DNA of 63,407 nt, filler included, from Stramenopiles sp. TOSAG23-6 (GCA_900128565.1; 12 parts of 12 records of this genome joined end to end with filler, not necessarily neighbours in it); one strand, 5' to 3'; counted from the first letter of the whole stretch, positions 12,383 to 25,345 are shown. Numbers and translations are program-made. Notes: generated by a model from the sequence alone, not told the origin.

Positions 12383-14539
12383 TTGATTCCACTGCGTCTA
12401 ATGTAATACTCTTTTTTCTTGTTACAGTATTTCGTCCACTAATGCTTTCCCGATGAATATTTTCTATTGTTGTAGGCGAATGGCACACACCAATAGGTAC
12501 TGTATCTACATTTTCAAATGGATTAAATGAATGTTCTGTAGGATGTTCTTTAGGGTTAGGGTCAAAATATTCAATAGAACCATTGTTTTTGTTAGGGTTA
12601 GGGTTAATACCTTGAGGCGAATCAAAATAATGTTGCTTGGAATAGCCATTTCCTATATGTTTTTCTATAGTATCTAAATCATTGACTTCTTGAACAATTT
12701 CCTACAATGTGAAAAAAAAATATAATTTTGAAATATGTTGATGAAATCAATCAAAAAAAAAATGAAAATGTTTCGTTTTTTCGTTTTTTCGTTTGGTACG
12801 AAATTTCATACTAAAAAAAAAATTAAATTTGAAATTCGTGATTAGGGTTAGGGTTAAACATACGTCACCATCACCAAATAAAGTGGCCTCCCAGTCTAAA
12901 CAATCTGCTTGTGCTTCTTCTATAGCTGAAGTTGTGATAATCTTTTTTTCATACTTCTTATTACTATAACTATTACTACTACTTCGATTCATCTCTTCTG
13001 TAGTCGAATTATTATAATTTGAGTTATTTTTTCCATTCAATTCATTCATTTTTTTTTGAGATTCCTCTGAATTGTTGACATCAGAAAACCAAACTCTTCG
13101 TTCATTCAACTTTTTATGCCAACTTTTCGCCTCCTCAATAGTATTACAGCGCAATATTTTCACCATTCCACCTTGAAAAGTGAGAACAATATCATGACTT
13201 AATAAAGATACAGAACGTAAGCGTTGAAGATTATAACTTCCATCAGGATTGTTTTTTAGCATGTATTGTAGAAAAAAAAAAAATTGTACAATTTGTTAGG
13301 TATGAAATTTCGTATGAAAAAAATAAAAAAAAAATTGAAAAAAAAAATAAAAAAATTTTTTTTTTGTACAATTTGTTAGGTATGAAATTTCGTATGAAAA
13401 AAAAAATTGAAAAAAAATAAAACATACATTATAGTATCTTCCCCTGATGAGTTTGCAATACTTGAAGGGCCATAATTTAAATATATGTATTGTGAAAAAA
13501 TATTAAAAAAAAAATCGTTAGGTACAAAATTTACTATAAAAAAACAAATTCGAAATTGAAAAAAAATAAAACGTATGAATTATTCACCCAAAAATATCGA
13601 AGTTGCCAATGGCCTCGTTCTGATTTCTTCTTTAATAACCCAAAACATGGTGAACATAAAGTTGAATCTGTAGAATAAACAGATTTCCTAAAACCTCTTC
13701 TTTTTACCAAGACTGGTGCACTTTGAAAGAAACCTGAATTTCCTTGAAGCTGATGTATTTTGGAAAAATATTTGAAAAAAATTCGTTAGGTACAAAATTA
13801 CGTACGAAAAAAAATTTCGAATTTGAAAAAAAATTAAACATACATACTCTTCTTGTGGTTGAACGACTGATCTTGTCACTGTAATCCCAATATCAGTACT
13901 GTCGGAATTACTATATTCCGTGCTATGTGCACGACGTAGCATATGATGACCTGTAGAATGAAGAGAATTTGTAGTGTTTAAAGTTGCCCCACCTCCGAAA
14001 TGCATGCTTGGCTTTGATCCTTGTAATCGTAAAGTTGCTTCATGTACAGACGAACGTTTAGACAATTCAACCGCACGTTTCATTGCTTCCTTTTCACTCA
14101 TTTCTCCTTGTAATCTGGTTGTATCGATATGGGATGCTCTGTGGGCAGAAGCACGTGCAGCAGACGATACATGACGTTGTACTAACGAGACTTCAGGACG
14201 ATACTGTTGACCTTGTCTCATTTCTGGAATAACTACACGAAGGATTGAACCTTCACGAGCACCAGGTGGAACAATCACACGAACCAATCGGCCATCTGGT
14301 GCTGGTGCTGATATAGTTGCACCAGGTCTTGCCTGAGGAGGTAATTTCACAAGAAAATCGACTTTTGGTATTATGCCATGACCAGACGCATTATTAGTAC
14401 GAGCAAGTTGCGAAGCAAGTTCTACAGAACGAGCGTAATTAGCATCCCTTTCTGTCTGTGATACACGTGCTTCATGATTAAATTTTGCTTGTAATCTATG
14501 GGCAAATTCTTCATCTGTCTCACCTGGAAGCATATTCAT
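12383..14539 (-). CDS. PH-domain protein with N-terminal UIM-like motifs, 3' partial (exons 14539-13844, 13752-13577, 13484-13428, 13260-12864, 12701-12383)
   Basis: Spliced product gives GLLKKKSERGHWQLRYFWVNNSYLNY..LRCNTIEEAKSWHKKL (PH). Confidence 0.75.
12702..12863 (-). other. Family intron with canonical GT-AG ends
   Basis: GAC|gtatgt..degenerate core..cacattgtag|GAA in frame; AG sits where other copies have AT. Confidence 0.8.
13261..13427 (-). other. GT-AT family intron with duplicated core
   Basis: AT|gtatgt..two core copies..tacaatacat|G in frame. Confidence 0.8.
13485..13576 (-). other. Family intron with AT-AT ends
   Basis: TC|atacgt..cacaatacat|A restores PH strand NNSYLNY. Confidence 0.7.
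13753..13843 (-). other. GT-AT family intron (downstream CAG also in frame)
   Basis: TAT|gtatgt..ccaaaatacat|CAG. Confidence 0.75.
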
Positions 14540-14924
14540 TCGAAATAACTTTGAACAACGTAGTCAGAACAGTGTGTGGTGTACCTCTTGGAGCCACTTG
14601 TCGTAATTAAGATGATGTTTTTTTTTGATGTTTTTTAGTATGAAAATTGAATTATTTTCGACGTTCGAGTTGAGTTGAGTTCTCCAAAATTACCGGGTAC
14701 TGTAGTACGTTGAAACTTGAAAGTTGAAACGTTTTTTCCGCGAGAAGCAAAAAAAGAAGATACTACGAATTATATCGACTACCATCCGTAGAATTCTGAA
14801 CAATTATAATGTCTGCACTGTTACATTTATGACAAATGTATGATTGAAAATGATATACAAGTAATCCTTTCTCAAATTGTAGACAGACTCAGGCACCACT
14901 GACATTGAGTCAAAGCCAAGTAAT

Positions 14925-16971
14925 ATGAATTTTTTTAGATTTTTTTTGAAATTCAAAAAATTCAAAAAAAATACTTCAAGCAAAAACAAAAAGAAAAATC
15001 ACAACAACAAGAACAACAAGAATAAAAGAAAAAACAATAAAAATAGCGACAACAAAAAAAGCACAAAACACAAAAACAACAACCGTGAAGAAAAATCTTC
15101 TTCTTGTTCTTCTTGTTTTCAAAGTGTATGCAGTATACTCTCTTCTTGTTGTAGATGTCGTTGTTGTTGCTCACACAAACCCGATAGACAAACCAAATCT
15201 TCTAATTCATCTAAAGCACGAAAAGACGTAAAAGAGACACAATTATTGAAAATAGTTAAAAATCAGAAAACTCAGCACAATAGTGTCTCAGAAGTTTCTA
15301 TTGCGAACTCTAACCATACGCCTAATCGTATTACAATGAATCCAATTAATCCTAAACAAGCTAACCCAACCAATATGACTAATACGATTACAACAAATCT
15401 AATTAATCCATTGTATCCGATACACTCGTCAAGTCGATCGTCAAGTCGAAAACAAAATATGGATTTGGCACAGTCTTTGAAAAAAAAATCTTTAGAAGAA
15501 TTTTCAAATTCAACAAAACCAAATTCAACAACTTCACCATATAATGCTTTACATCATTATAGTCAGAGTAAAGAACGCCTTCAGGGTACAATTATTATGG
15601 AAGGAGTTTTATTTGTAAATAATCATAGTTTAAACACATACATTGCAATGAATAAAATATGCACTAACCCTAACTCTAACTCTGAGGGAAATATACAATC
15701 ATCTACTGTTTCTCCATTGTTGAAGGATAATACAAAAAATACAATAAATACAAAAAATACAAAAAATACAAAAAATACAAAAGATACACAAAATACAAAA
15801 GATAAAATAAAAACAAATACAGAAAATAGAGAAAACGTGGAAAACACTAAAAAAGAAGACAATCCTTCAGGTTGGACATCAAGATATGTTAAAATAACAG
15901 TATTATCTATACATATATACAATACATCAATACCGTCTTTTCAAAACAGTGAACAACCAATAGTCAAAATATCTCTCGAGTCAGCAGAAATATCGTTTGT
16001 AAATAGTATAGGAAAACGTATTCAAGCACCAAACTCCTCAAGAGAATTTATCTTATTTCTAAACTGTAGTCGTGCCAAAACAATTTTATTCAAAAGTGAA
16101 ATAGATTCTTCATTTTGGGTTAGTTCGATACAAAAATCGATTAAAAAAACAAAAATATTTTCTACATTTGAAAAAGAAAATAAAATTGTTTATTTATTGA
16201 ATGCAAATCTAGATGATGATGATGATAATGATGAGCAAAAAATATCTAATACAACAGATACTTCTACAAAATATATAAATGAAAATTCAATTACAAAACA
16301 AGATGATGATGATGATGAAGAGGNAATAACTTTCCATGGAACTTTGATTTGTTCTTTGCCATTAAGAAGTTCTGATGAAGCTAAGAATACACAAAAAATG
16401 AAAAAATATTGGTGTAGATTACACTACAAAAAAAAGAATGAAATTCAAAACGAATTGAAAAACGAAACAAAAATAAATGAAATAGATGAAACAAAACAAC
16501 AAATTCCAAATTTGTTAGATGTGAAATTAGGTACTAAAGAATTCTTCTTGTCATTGTATGAAAATGTTTTTGCAAAATGTTCTAATAAATCAAAAATGGT
16601 CATGAGAAGTCTCAAATTTCCAATACTTACAATTCCATTACATGGCTGCCACGTACGTTTTTATTATATTTGTTAGGTACGAAATTTCGTACGAAAACTT
16701 TTTTTTTTAGTCTACGTTTTTTATTCAAGGTTTTTATTTTTTTTTATTTTCTATGAAAATTCTATTCCCAACAAAACACAATTTTGATATTTAATTCACA
16801 ATACATGTCGAAAACGTCGAAAATATTCCTGGTGCATTTCGTATTCTCACACATAAAAACACAAAGTATTCAAATTTCTTACTATCTAGTTGTGAAATTA
16901 TACTCAATGCAGAAAATGAGGATATAATGTGGAATTGGATTCTTCATCTAAAGGCAATTAGTAAATTTTAA
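14925..16971 (+). CDS. Low-complexity protein with two PH-like domains (start uncertain; intron 16653-16806)
   Basis: GWTSRYVKI..FWVSSIQK and MKKYWCRL..LNAENEDIMWNWILHLK. Confidence 0.65.
16653..16806 (+). other. GT-AT family intron carrying an inverted core
   Basis: CAC|gtacgt..cacaatacat|GTC in frame; gttaggtacgaaatttcgtacgaaa in antisense orientation. Confidence 0.8.
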
Positions 16972-17326
16972 TACAAATCTTTGTAAAAAAAAAGAAAAAA
17001 CAACTGTTTTTTCATTCACCAAAGAGAATATTATACTTTTATATTTTGTGGCAAGATTTTATTCCTAAAGTTTCAATAAACGAATACTATTTTTTATTCA
17101 TGATGTGTAGATACGCGTTTCCTGTTTTTTTTGGATATTACTACGATATTTCGATTTAATTAAAAAATTAAAGGATGATATTTTGAGATATTTTGAGATA
17201 TTTTGGATATTTTGTCCGTTATAAGTCATAACACCTGTGTCCTCTTCTTGGAAGCTTCTTCTTCGAGATCATCAGAATTATTACATAAATCAATCAAGTT
17301 CAAATACTCTGAATTAATTTTCCATC

Positions 17327-18281
17327 ATGAACCATCTCAATGTCACAATTGGAAACTACGCGAATGAAGTAACAAGATGTAAGACTATAAGTAATACGCA
17401 TAATCAGCAGATGTATCACTGGCAATTTTTTATCAGACCAGAAGACAGATTAACAAGTGCTTCGTTGAGGTGTGTTGACATTCAAATTCACGAAACCTAT
17501 CAAAACCCCAATCTAAAGCTACAGAAGAATGATAAGGGCGATTTCATTTCACCAGTAATGCAGGGATGGGGCACCTTTACGATACACATTTTAATGTATG
17601 TGCATGCGTTGGAAAATCCTATCATTACTACTCATCAACTATCCTTCAAAGAATCGGAGACTAGTAAACAACGTGCATTCAAAGTTGGTACATGTGAAAA
17701 AAAACAGGCAAAACAGGATAACTCTGAGCAAACTGTCAGACCACAAAAACATCATTGTCATACGGAAACAAATCTGAATAAACGAAATCTTCAAAGAAAT
17801 TCATTAGGAAACTATTTTAGTTCGATTCAAAGAAAAGATGTACTGAAACGACTACAAAATGAAAAATTTCTTCATCATTCTCAAAAAGTGTTTTGGCATG
17901 GGCGGTTATACAGTAATTTCAAAACCCAACCACTCCCTACATTGAAGTGGGAGAGCAAACAGAAGCCTAGAAAAGATCACGATGGTGAGTATTGGCTCAC
18001 GGCATCAGAGTTCTGTGATACTGCAGCAATGATGGACGAAAAATGTTATGTCCTTTCTAAACTAATTCAAATGAGTAAGAGGACTATTCTCTACACAGGT
18101 GCTGGAATAAGTGTAGCAGCCAATATTAATCAAGCTGCTGCAGGCTCGTATAAAAAATCCAATGGAAATTCAATATATGCAAAACCAACAATTACTCATT
18201 ATTGTGCAACAACTTTAGCAAATAAAGGATTAATTCACGGTTGGGTTCAGCAAAATCATGATGGATTACCACAGAAATCTT
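17327..18281 (+). CDS. YEATS-domain / sirtuin (SIRT6/7-like) fusion, 3' partial
   Basis: HWQFFI..IHETYQNP..GWGTF (YEATS); YTGAGIS, AKPTITH, QNHDGL (sirtuin). Confidence 0.75.
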
Positions 18282-18528
18282 GTAGGTTTTTTTTTTAGAA
18301 TTTTTTTTTTTTTTTTTCAACTAATTTTTTTTTCGTACGAAACTTTGTACCTAACGATATTTTTTGATTTNNNNNNNNNNNNNNNNNNNNNNNNNNNNNN
18401 NNNNNNNNNNNNNNTTAATTAATTAANNNNNNNNNNNNNNNNNNNNNNNNNNNNNNNNNNNNNNNNNNNNTTCGTACGAAATTTTGTACCTAACGAATTT
18501 TTTTTTGAAATATTTTTCTAAAATACAT

Positions 18529-21500
18529 GCTATTACAGGCAGCGAAAAAAATGTTGTATTCGTATCAAACACATCTGATATCCAGTGCATCATCGTGTAA
18601 ATCAGATACCCATCCAGTTTTTATATTATTGTGCGAATATTCAAAATTGCTTGCAAATAAGTGTGGAAGTATCATTGAAAAATTGAGTTCGATTCAAATT
18701 TCTGAATATAAGGATTATGATAATCAGATTTTGACAACAGAACTTCATGAAAATTTGGATCGTTCCATAGTATGTACGTTGCTTCCTAACTTTGTTACCG
18801 CGCTTTGTTTATTAGCTGATAATGAAACTCTCGCAAAAAATATACTGCCCTCAATGGTGAAACTGATAGAAAGACTTAATGTATTCGGATCTTTAATACC
18901 CGAGTTACATACTGTTGAATTATTACTCAGAGAAGAAGTTGCAGCTAGTACAGCACAATTTCAGTATGCCGATATTGATTCTGCTGCTGCAGGAGGTTGC
19001 CGAGAAATCCCTGCCGTGTTTGAAGGTCATAGTCCCAGTATGGTTATTGAAGACAACGGAATGGTAGTAAAAAGCTCAAGTGGAAGTAATCAATATGCGT
19101 GCCTTAATGTTAGCTTTTGCTCGGGTAGGGCCGCATGTATGTTTTATTTTTTTTTCAATTTCGAATTTTTTTTCGTACGAAATTTTGTACCGAATTCCGA
19201 TTAGAATCCGATTCAAAAAATGATGAATGTTCTTGCTTTGGCATATGTACAAAGCCAGTACGAGATTTTTCGTATTCATCCTCTCGCCAAATGTGGATGA
19301 TTAGATCTTATAACGCAAATGTATATTCACGAGGAAATTGCTCGGCTCGAAGTCCTGCAAATACACCTTTAAAAAAAATTCACGAGAATGATACTGTTCG
19401 CTTTGAACTAGATCTTGATGATGGAACTTTATCTTGTGGTGTTAATGGACAAGATCCTGTTGTTTGTTTCACAGGCATCGAAAGTGGACAAGATATATTC
19501 CCAGCAATTGCTACGTACCGATCTAATGTTAGAATTCGAATACTCAAAGTTGAGCGTGGCGGTGGAACAAGTAATGCTGGAAATTTATCATCTTTAAATA
19601 TGCGTTTTCTTCGCTTCGATCCAGCAAATGCAGGACCTCGAGCAAATGTATCAAGTGGTGTATTCAAAATTCAACAGACAGCAAAAACTTCTGTAAAATT
19701 AGAAGAAGACTGGGTGACCGTGCTTGCATCAACGGGTGGGTGTCCTCTAAGAAGAGGCACTAGATCATGGAATGTTACAATACATAGAATGGAGTCAAAT
19801 AGAATAGCTGTTGGTGTTGCGTTGTGTGACGTAAGTACAACGAAGAGTTTAGGATCAGATATGAAAGGGCTTGGCTGGGGACTACGTGGTGATATGAAAA
19901 TATTCCATGAGGGCAAAGAGATAAAATCATTGAAGCGACCACTGGAGCTACCCCAAAGTAAGCTGAAAGATAACACCAATAATTATGAAACATCTTTGAT
20001 TCCTGGAGATGTGATCACTATTACATTATGGGATGAAATGGTAAAAGGCACAGATGCATTTCTACACATAGCAGGTGTCCAAAAAGTGGTTGAAAAGCGT
20101 TTTCTTGTATTTGCTTTGAATGGCGTTCAAATTCCTGACGGTTATATTTGTATTGATAGAACTGCGTCATTTTATCCTGCGATATCACTCTCTGATAGTT
20201 CTGATGAAGTTTCAATCAATGGTGCAGGGTTCTGTGGAAGCACTATTCACATGCCGTGGTTGCTTGACGTAATTAGGACATCTTCATCTCTAACCGGCCG
20301 TCTAGCAGCCACAATGGTTGCTGGTGCTCGTATTGACGTAGAAGAAGAAGAACTAATGCCTTGGTTACAATCTGTGTTATTTTCGTGTGGATTAGAGCCA
20401 CTAACTCTGAAAGATACAAGTGGTACTTCAAAATCAGACCAATCGATACGTGCAAATTTTGCTTATAATTGGGATAACGTGTATCCGAATGAGATTATGT
20501 TCGAAGAGTCTATCAAATTTCCAAGTACACATAGAAATACACAGCTGTCCAAAGATGAGCGAGATAAAACTTTGGATGTAATCCTGTCAAATAATAAAGT
20601 CAGCAAACGTTTCATGGCTTGGCTTGCAATTCATAAAAGTCAAACGAATCTTGAAAAGAAGCTGCGCACCTTTCCGGATATTGAGCTAGTATATGCATGT
20701 GCATTGATAAAGCACGGTCATTTATGGCGAGAAGCTTCAGACATAATATCAAAATTGCACAGTGGGATGCAGGAATTCAACACATTACCATTAGGGTCTA
20801 TAGCCATGCATGCACTATGGGATATGATTATTGATCTACGAAAATATCTAAGATTACGAAGACAAATGTTGATGGCATCAAAAACTAGTAATGTTGATTC
20901 AACAACTACAGAAACTCTAAAAAAACATTTTACAGATATACCCGAAAATGTACAAGACGACACACGAGAAAATGATGATTATAGAAAAACACAGTATCCT
21001 TCAGTTATACCTCCTATTTCTAGTGAAAGAAAAACGCAACACCCTCTAAATACGATCCCTGGATTAGGACTTCTCAAAGATTCGGTAGACAATGAACCAC
21101 CAATTAAAGTTTCTGAAGCAAAGGTGGAAGAGAATCCACGTAAAGAATATCTCAAGTTTGATTCAAGTCCAGTGACAACATTTGAAGATTTCTGCAAAAA
21201 CCTTGTTGAACGAATTTATCTTTTATTGGAATTATCACCCGCGCAAAAATTTCAGTTGCCCCCAGAAAAAATTTCATCGCCATCTAAATGTTCAAGTCTT
21301 TCAAATCGTTGGGCTGCTGATGAACTCGCCCCTATTCAACTGAATCCTTTGAAGGAACGATGGAAAACCCTTGACACTGAAAATGTACGTTTGATATGAA
21401 TTTCTAATTTAATTTGTTTTCATACGAAATTTCGTACCTAACGATTTTTTTAACTAATTTTTTTTTCACAATACATGGTAAATGGAAAGGAATGGTCGAT

Positions 21501-24448
21501 ATTTTACGCTCACATAAAAATATGTCGACCCCAAAAAAACCTCATTCTGAAAGTGGTAAAGAAAAAGACAATGGCACTAAAAAAGTACCAAGTTCTCTTG
21601 AATGTAGCACAAAAAAAGAATCTAATGGTGAAACTCCCCCTTGGAAATATATGTTTAATTCATGTAAGATGTATATTATTGGATCTGCAATTTCACCAAA
21701 GTTATTACGATCAATTTTGGCTCGACGAGAAAGACGAGCGCGTTCTAGGTCTTTTGGTTTTGATGCATTTAAAAGCCTTCTTTCTGTGTTATCATTTTCG
21801 TGTGCAAAGGCGGATGCTCTTATTTTTTTACGTCCTGCATTAAGAGGTGTACGTTCAGATCATCCGAACACATGTAGATTTACTAAAAGTCGTCATCATT
21901 TTCAGAAGCATATCCAAGGTTGTCATTCAGAAATATTAGAAGGTGTGCGAACTTCTTTTATGCATTTATACACAGACTTATCACATCTTTTATCAACTAG
22001 TGCGAGAACAATCGATTTAAGTCTCGCGCATATTGTGATGTGGTGTTTAGGAATCGACTTTGACCTCTCTTGTCATGATTTTCTGATAAAATCAGGAATA
22101 TTTGAAACACTGCATGATATATTTTCACTAAAGTCTCTTGCGCGTGTTTCGTTCGATCAATTAAGCACCGTAAAAGAACAACTTTTACAAGCAAAACGAA
22201 TACGAGAAAGAGAAATGTATTTCTCTAATACTCAAATTAGCGATCAACATTTAGATAAAAATGGATTTCAAAAACCACGAGTAAAGATTTGTAATGTGCG
22301 TTGGGCACCCTTTCCTGTAGAAATTGTTCGCGTTGCTCTCATGAAGGGGACACTGACTAAACGAGAAATTATCAGCAACATTCGATGTGTACCTCTCGGT
22401 TTTCTGCCTGAAGGATGGGAAGCTGATCTCGGCGTTGATGGTGATATATATCACATTTCAAAGTCTTTTAGCTGTGATTCTCTACTTTCCATCTATGAAC
22501 GCTTTGTTGATGCAGTAATGCTTGAAGCTACTAAAGATGTAAAACATGCTGACATCATTAAAAAAACAGACAAAGCTGAAATATTTTCTGCTGGCATGAA
22601 AAACCTACACAGTCAATCCATGTCAAGAAGTTGCCCTCTCAGCGTCCCTTCTCCAGACCGCGAAACTTCTATGACTTCAAAAGGTCTCTTCTCACCAAAA
22701 AAATATAATACAGTACACAGCACGTCAGATATGTTTAAAGACTTAAAGCAGAGAGATAATGACACACAGCACATACCACATAATGATTTCAACGCGTGGC
22801 ACATGGAACGAATATTACATGATGGTTTCGCAATCCAACAAACTCGTGACTTACAACATGGGGCTTGGGGATTATTTCGATTGCTTGGTATGTTATCTAT
22901 GAAAGGTGCAACATTTAAACAAAATGAGACAAGTGAAGGAAATACATACATGCCAGGAGAATCAAATAATGAAAAGGTCCCTTTTAGCCCTTCAACTAAA
23001 AACTCAGTGCATTCAACAGATCATTTACAAAGTCGTGTTTTCCAAATTGTTATAACCGAGATAAATAGAGGTGTGGCAGTTATCAAGAGAAATTATTTGG
23101 AAGGCATACAACTTCAATCGTCGATGGGTCAAAACACTACGAGTAATACGAATACATATTTGCAAATGAATAATACAAGTAGTGAAGTAGGCACATTTGT
23201 AGGGTCAAGTTTATTAGAAGTTGTAGAGGTTGAGAATTATCTTTACCGATATTTACTCTTTATTCACTCCATTAGTGAGTCAAAACCTGGCTGCAACAAA
23301 ATTGTTAGTGTAAAAGGCATCTCGTTTCTTACTTCTCTATTTCATATAATAGTAATTGGCTCGCATAGACTGCAAAGAATAGCTTTGCAGATCATATTTA
23401 GAATATGCCCATACCTCCCTTTAGATCACGCTGCTAAAGCTTTAGCTAATGTAGAAAATACAAAGAAACTTGTACCAGTCTTGCTTGATAAAGTTGCGGA
23501 AGCATGTACGTTTTCATCATGAGTTTCATTTGTTTTTCGCAAGAAATTATGTAGCTAACGATTTTTTTTTTTAAATATTTTTCACGATACATTCAATTAC
23601 TCGAAGAGTATTTCTACTAGTGAGGACCATCAAGATAAGACTCGAATTGACTTACCTAGTAAACCCGAAGGATTTAGTTATGGTCATTCGATAATTGCAC
23701 GTGCTGCATTAGCGTCATCAATCCTTCGTCGGATGCTTTCTCATCCAAATGCGGTGATAATTGGCTGGCAGAAAATTGTTGATGATGAAATTCGATCGAG
23801 AATAATAAAAATTTCAAAACGTTGGAAGGAGTTTGACTTGCTCGCTTTGAATAACAGAGTCCCCATAGACACTGAGAGTAAAATTAAAACTCTGAATTGT
23901 AATTATTGGAATGTAATATCTTCAGAAGCTGCCGCGGCAATGAGCGTAATAAGTGGTTTTGAATGCATCCGCATTGGCGGCACCGTTAGTCTCGACTTTA
24001 AACGAGATATCACTGGGACTGTTGTGGGGTACAAAAGTGGAGACGGTACTGCTTTAATTTCACTTGATGATTCAACTTCAACTGAACCATTGGAAAAATC
24101 TATACATACATTGACTCCAGAATTTAATGATGCATTTGTAACCGGGTCGATAACAGTTACACGCGAAGTTATCTCTGCCCTTGTGATTCTATTGAAAGTA
24201 ACGAGTTCTCAAAAGGAAATTCCCAATATTCACAAAAATGATGTACACACCATTGACATCCCAACATGTGTTGGTCACTCAGAAATCAAATCACTTGTAT
24301 TATCTTCGCTCAATACATTATTGGCCGATCCAAACGCGGTAGAGTTTGCTTTAGATGCTGGACTGCTTGACACAATGTACCCTATTGCACTCACTCCTAT
24401 CAAAGAAAATTATTTTATAAATTCTCATAGCATGGGACGTCGCCGAAT
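18529..24448 (+). CDS. Internal fragment of a giant SPRY-domain (HERC-like E3 ligase) protein; exons ~18529-19136, ~19192-21384, 21477-23505, 23593-24448
   Basis: Two SPRY/B30.2-like regions (DTVRFELDLDDGTLSCGVNG..IFPAI; GWGLRGD..FYPAISL); in-frame GT-AT joins. Confidence 0.65.
21385..21476 (+). other. GT-AT family intron
   Basis: AAT|gtacgt..cacaatacat|GGT joins two long ORFs. Confidence 0.85.
23506..23592 (+). other. GT-AT family intron
   Basis: GCA T|gtacgt..cacgatacat|TC AAT gives an open frame into ORF 23733. Confidence 0.85.
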
Positions 24449-24671
24449 GTATGTTTTATTTTTTTTTACTATGAATTTTTTTTCGTACGAAATTTTGGAC
24501 CTAACAAATTGTTTTTGATNNNNNNNNNNNNNNNNNNNNNNNNNNNNNNNNNNNNNNNNNNNNTTAATTAATTAANNNNNNNNNNNNNNNNNNNNNNNNN
24601 NNNNNNNNNNNNNNNNNNNTACGAAATTTTGTACCTAACGATTTTTTTTGAAATATTTTTCCAAAATACAT

Positions 24672-25215
24672 GCCGCACTTGCATTTTTCTTTAAATGGAG
24701 GCATTAGAACCCCCGAACAATTAAAGACACATTTATTGAATGATTATGTTTGTAATGGAATAAGAGAAAATGATCAAAACAATAGTGGTGCTATAGAAGG
24801 TATTATGGTCGGTCGTGTTGTTCGAGACGACCCGTTTAATTTATACGCATTGGATAAAGCTGCATTTAGTACACCTGTACCAAATCTAACTAGAGTATCA
24901 GTTTGCAGACAATATGCAAATTATTTACGGTCTTTAAAAGTGTCTACCCCTCATTCATTATCTACAGAATTATTGGACTTTTCGCACGAGTATTCACCAC
25001 ATGTCCTACTTAAGCCAGTTCTAAATATATTCAAAGGCATCCCTGGGGGTAAACTTTTCCGACACGAATTAAGCGAAAAAATGAAATTACTTAAAATGAA
25101 AAATATAAAACAGAATGAAAGTGTCAATAGAGCTCGTGAGGAAACGCCTGGAATTGTTGCTGATATATTGGAGTCCGCAGTTGAAACATGTATTGGTACA
25201 GAAACAATTGATTAA
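24672..25215 (+). CDS. tRNA-dihydrouridine synthase (DusA-like), last exon
   Basis: PHLHFSLNGGI, GIMVGR, KPVLNIFKGIPGGKLFR motifs. Confidence 0.75.
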
Positions 25216-25345
25216 TAAAATCTTTTATAATTTTACTGCAATTTTTAATTTGTTGAAATACAGTTACTTTTATGACACAATAATATGAACTACACTGCTA
25301 CACTATATACCAAAATCTTACCTAAATGCCATGCGAAACAACAAC

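Noticed and set aside
19135-19204. Recurring peptide motifs FFVRNFVPN, SYEILYLT, RTKFCT at ORF ends
   Set aside because: Three-frame translations of the intron core, not a protein domain
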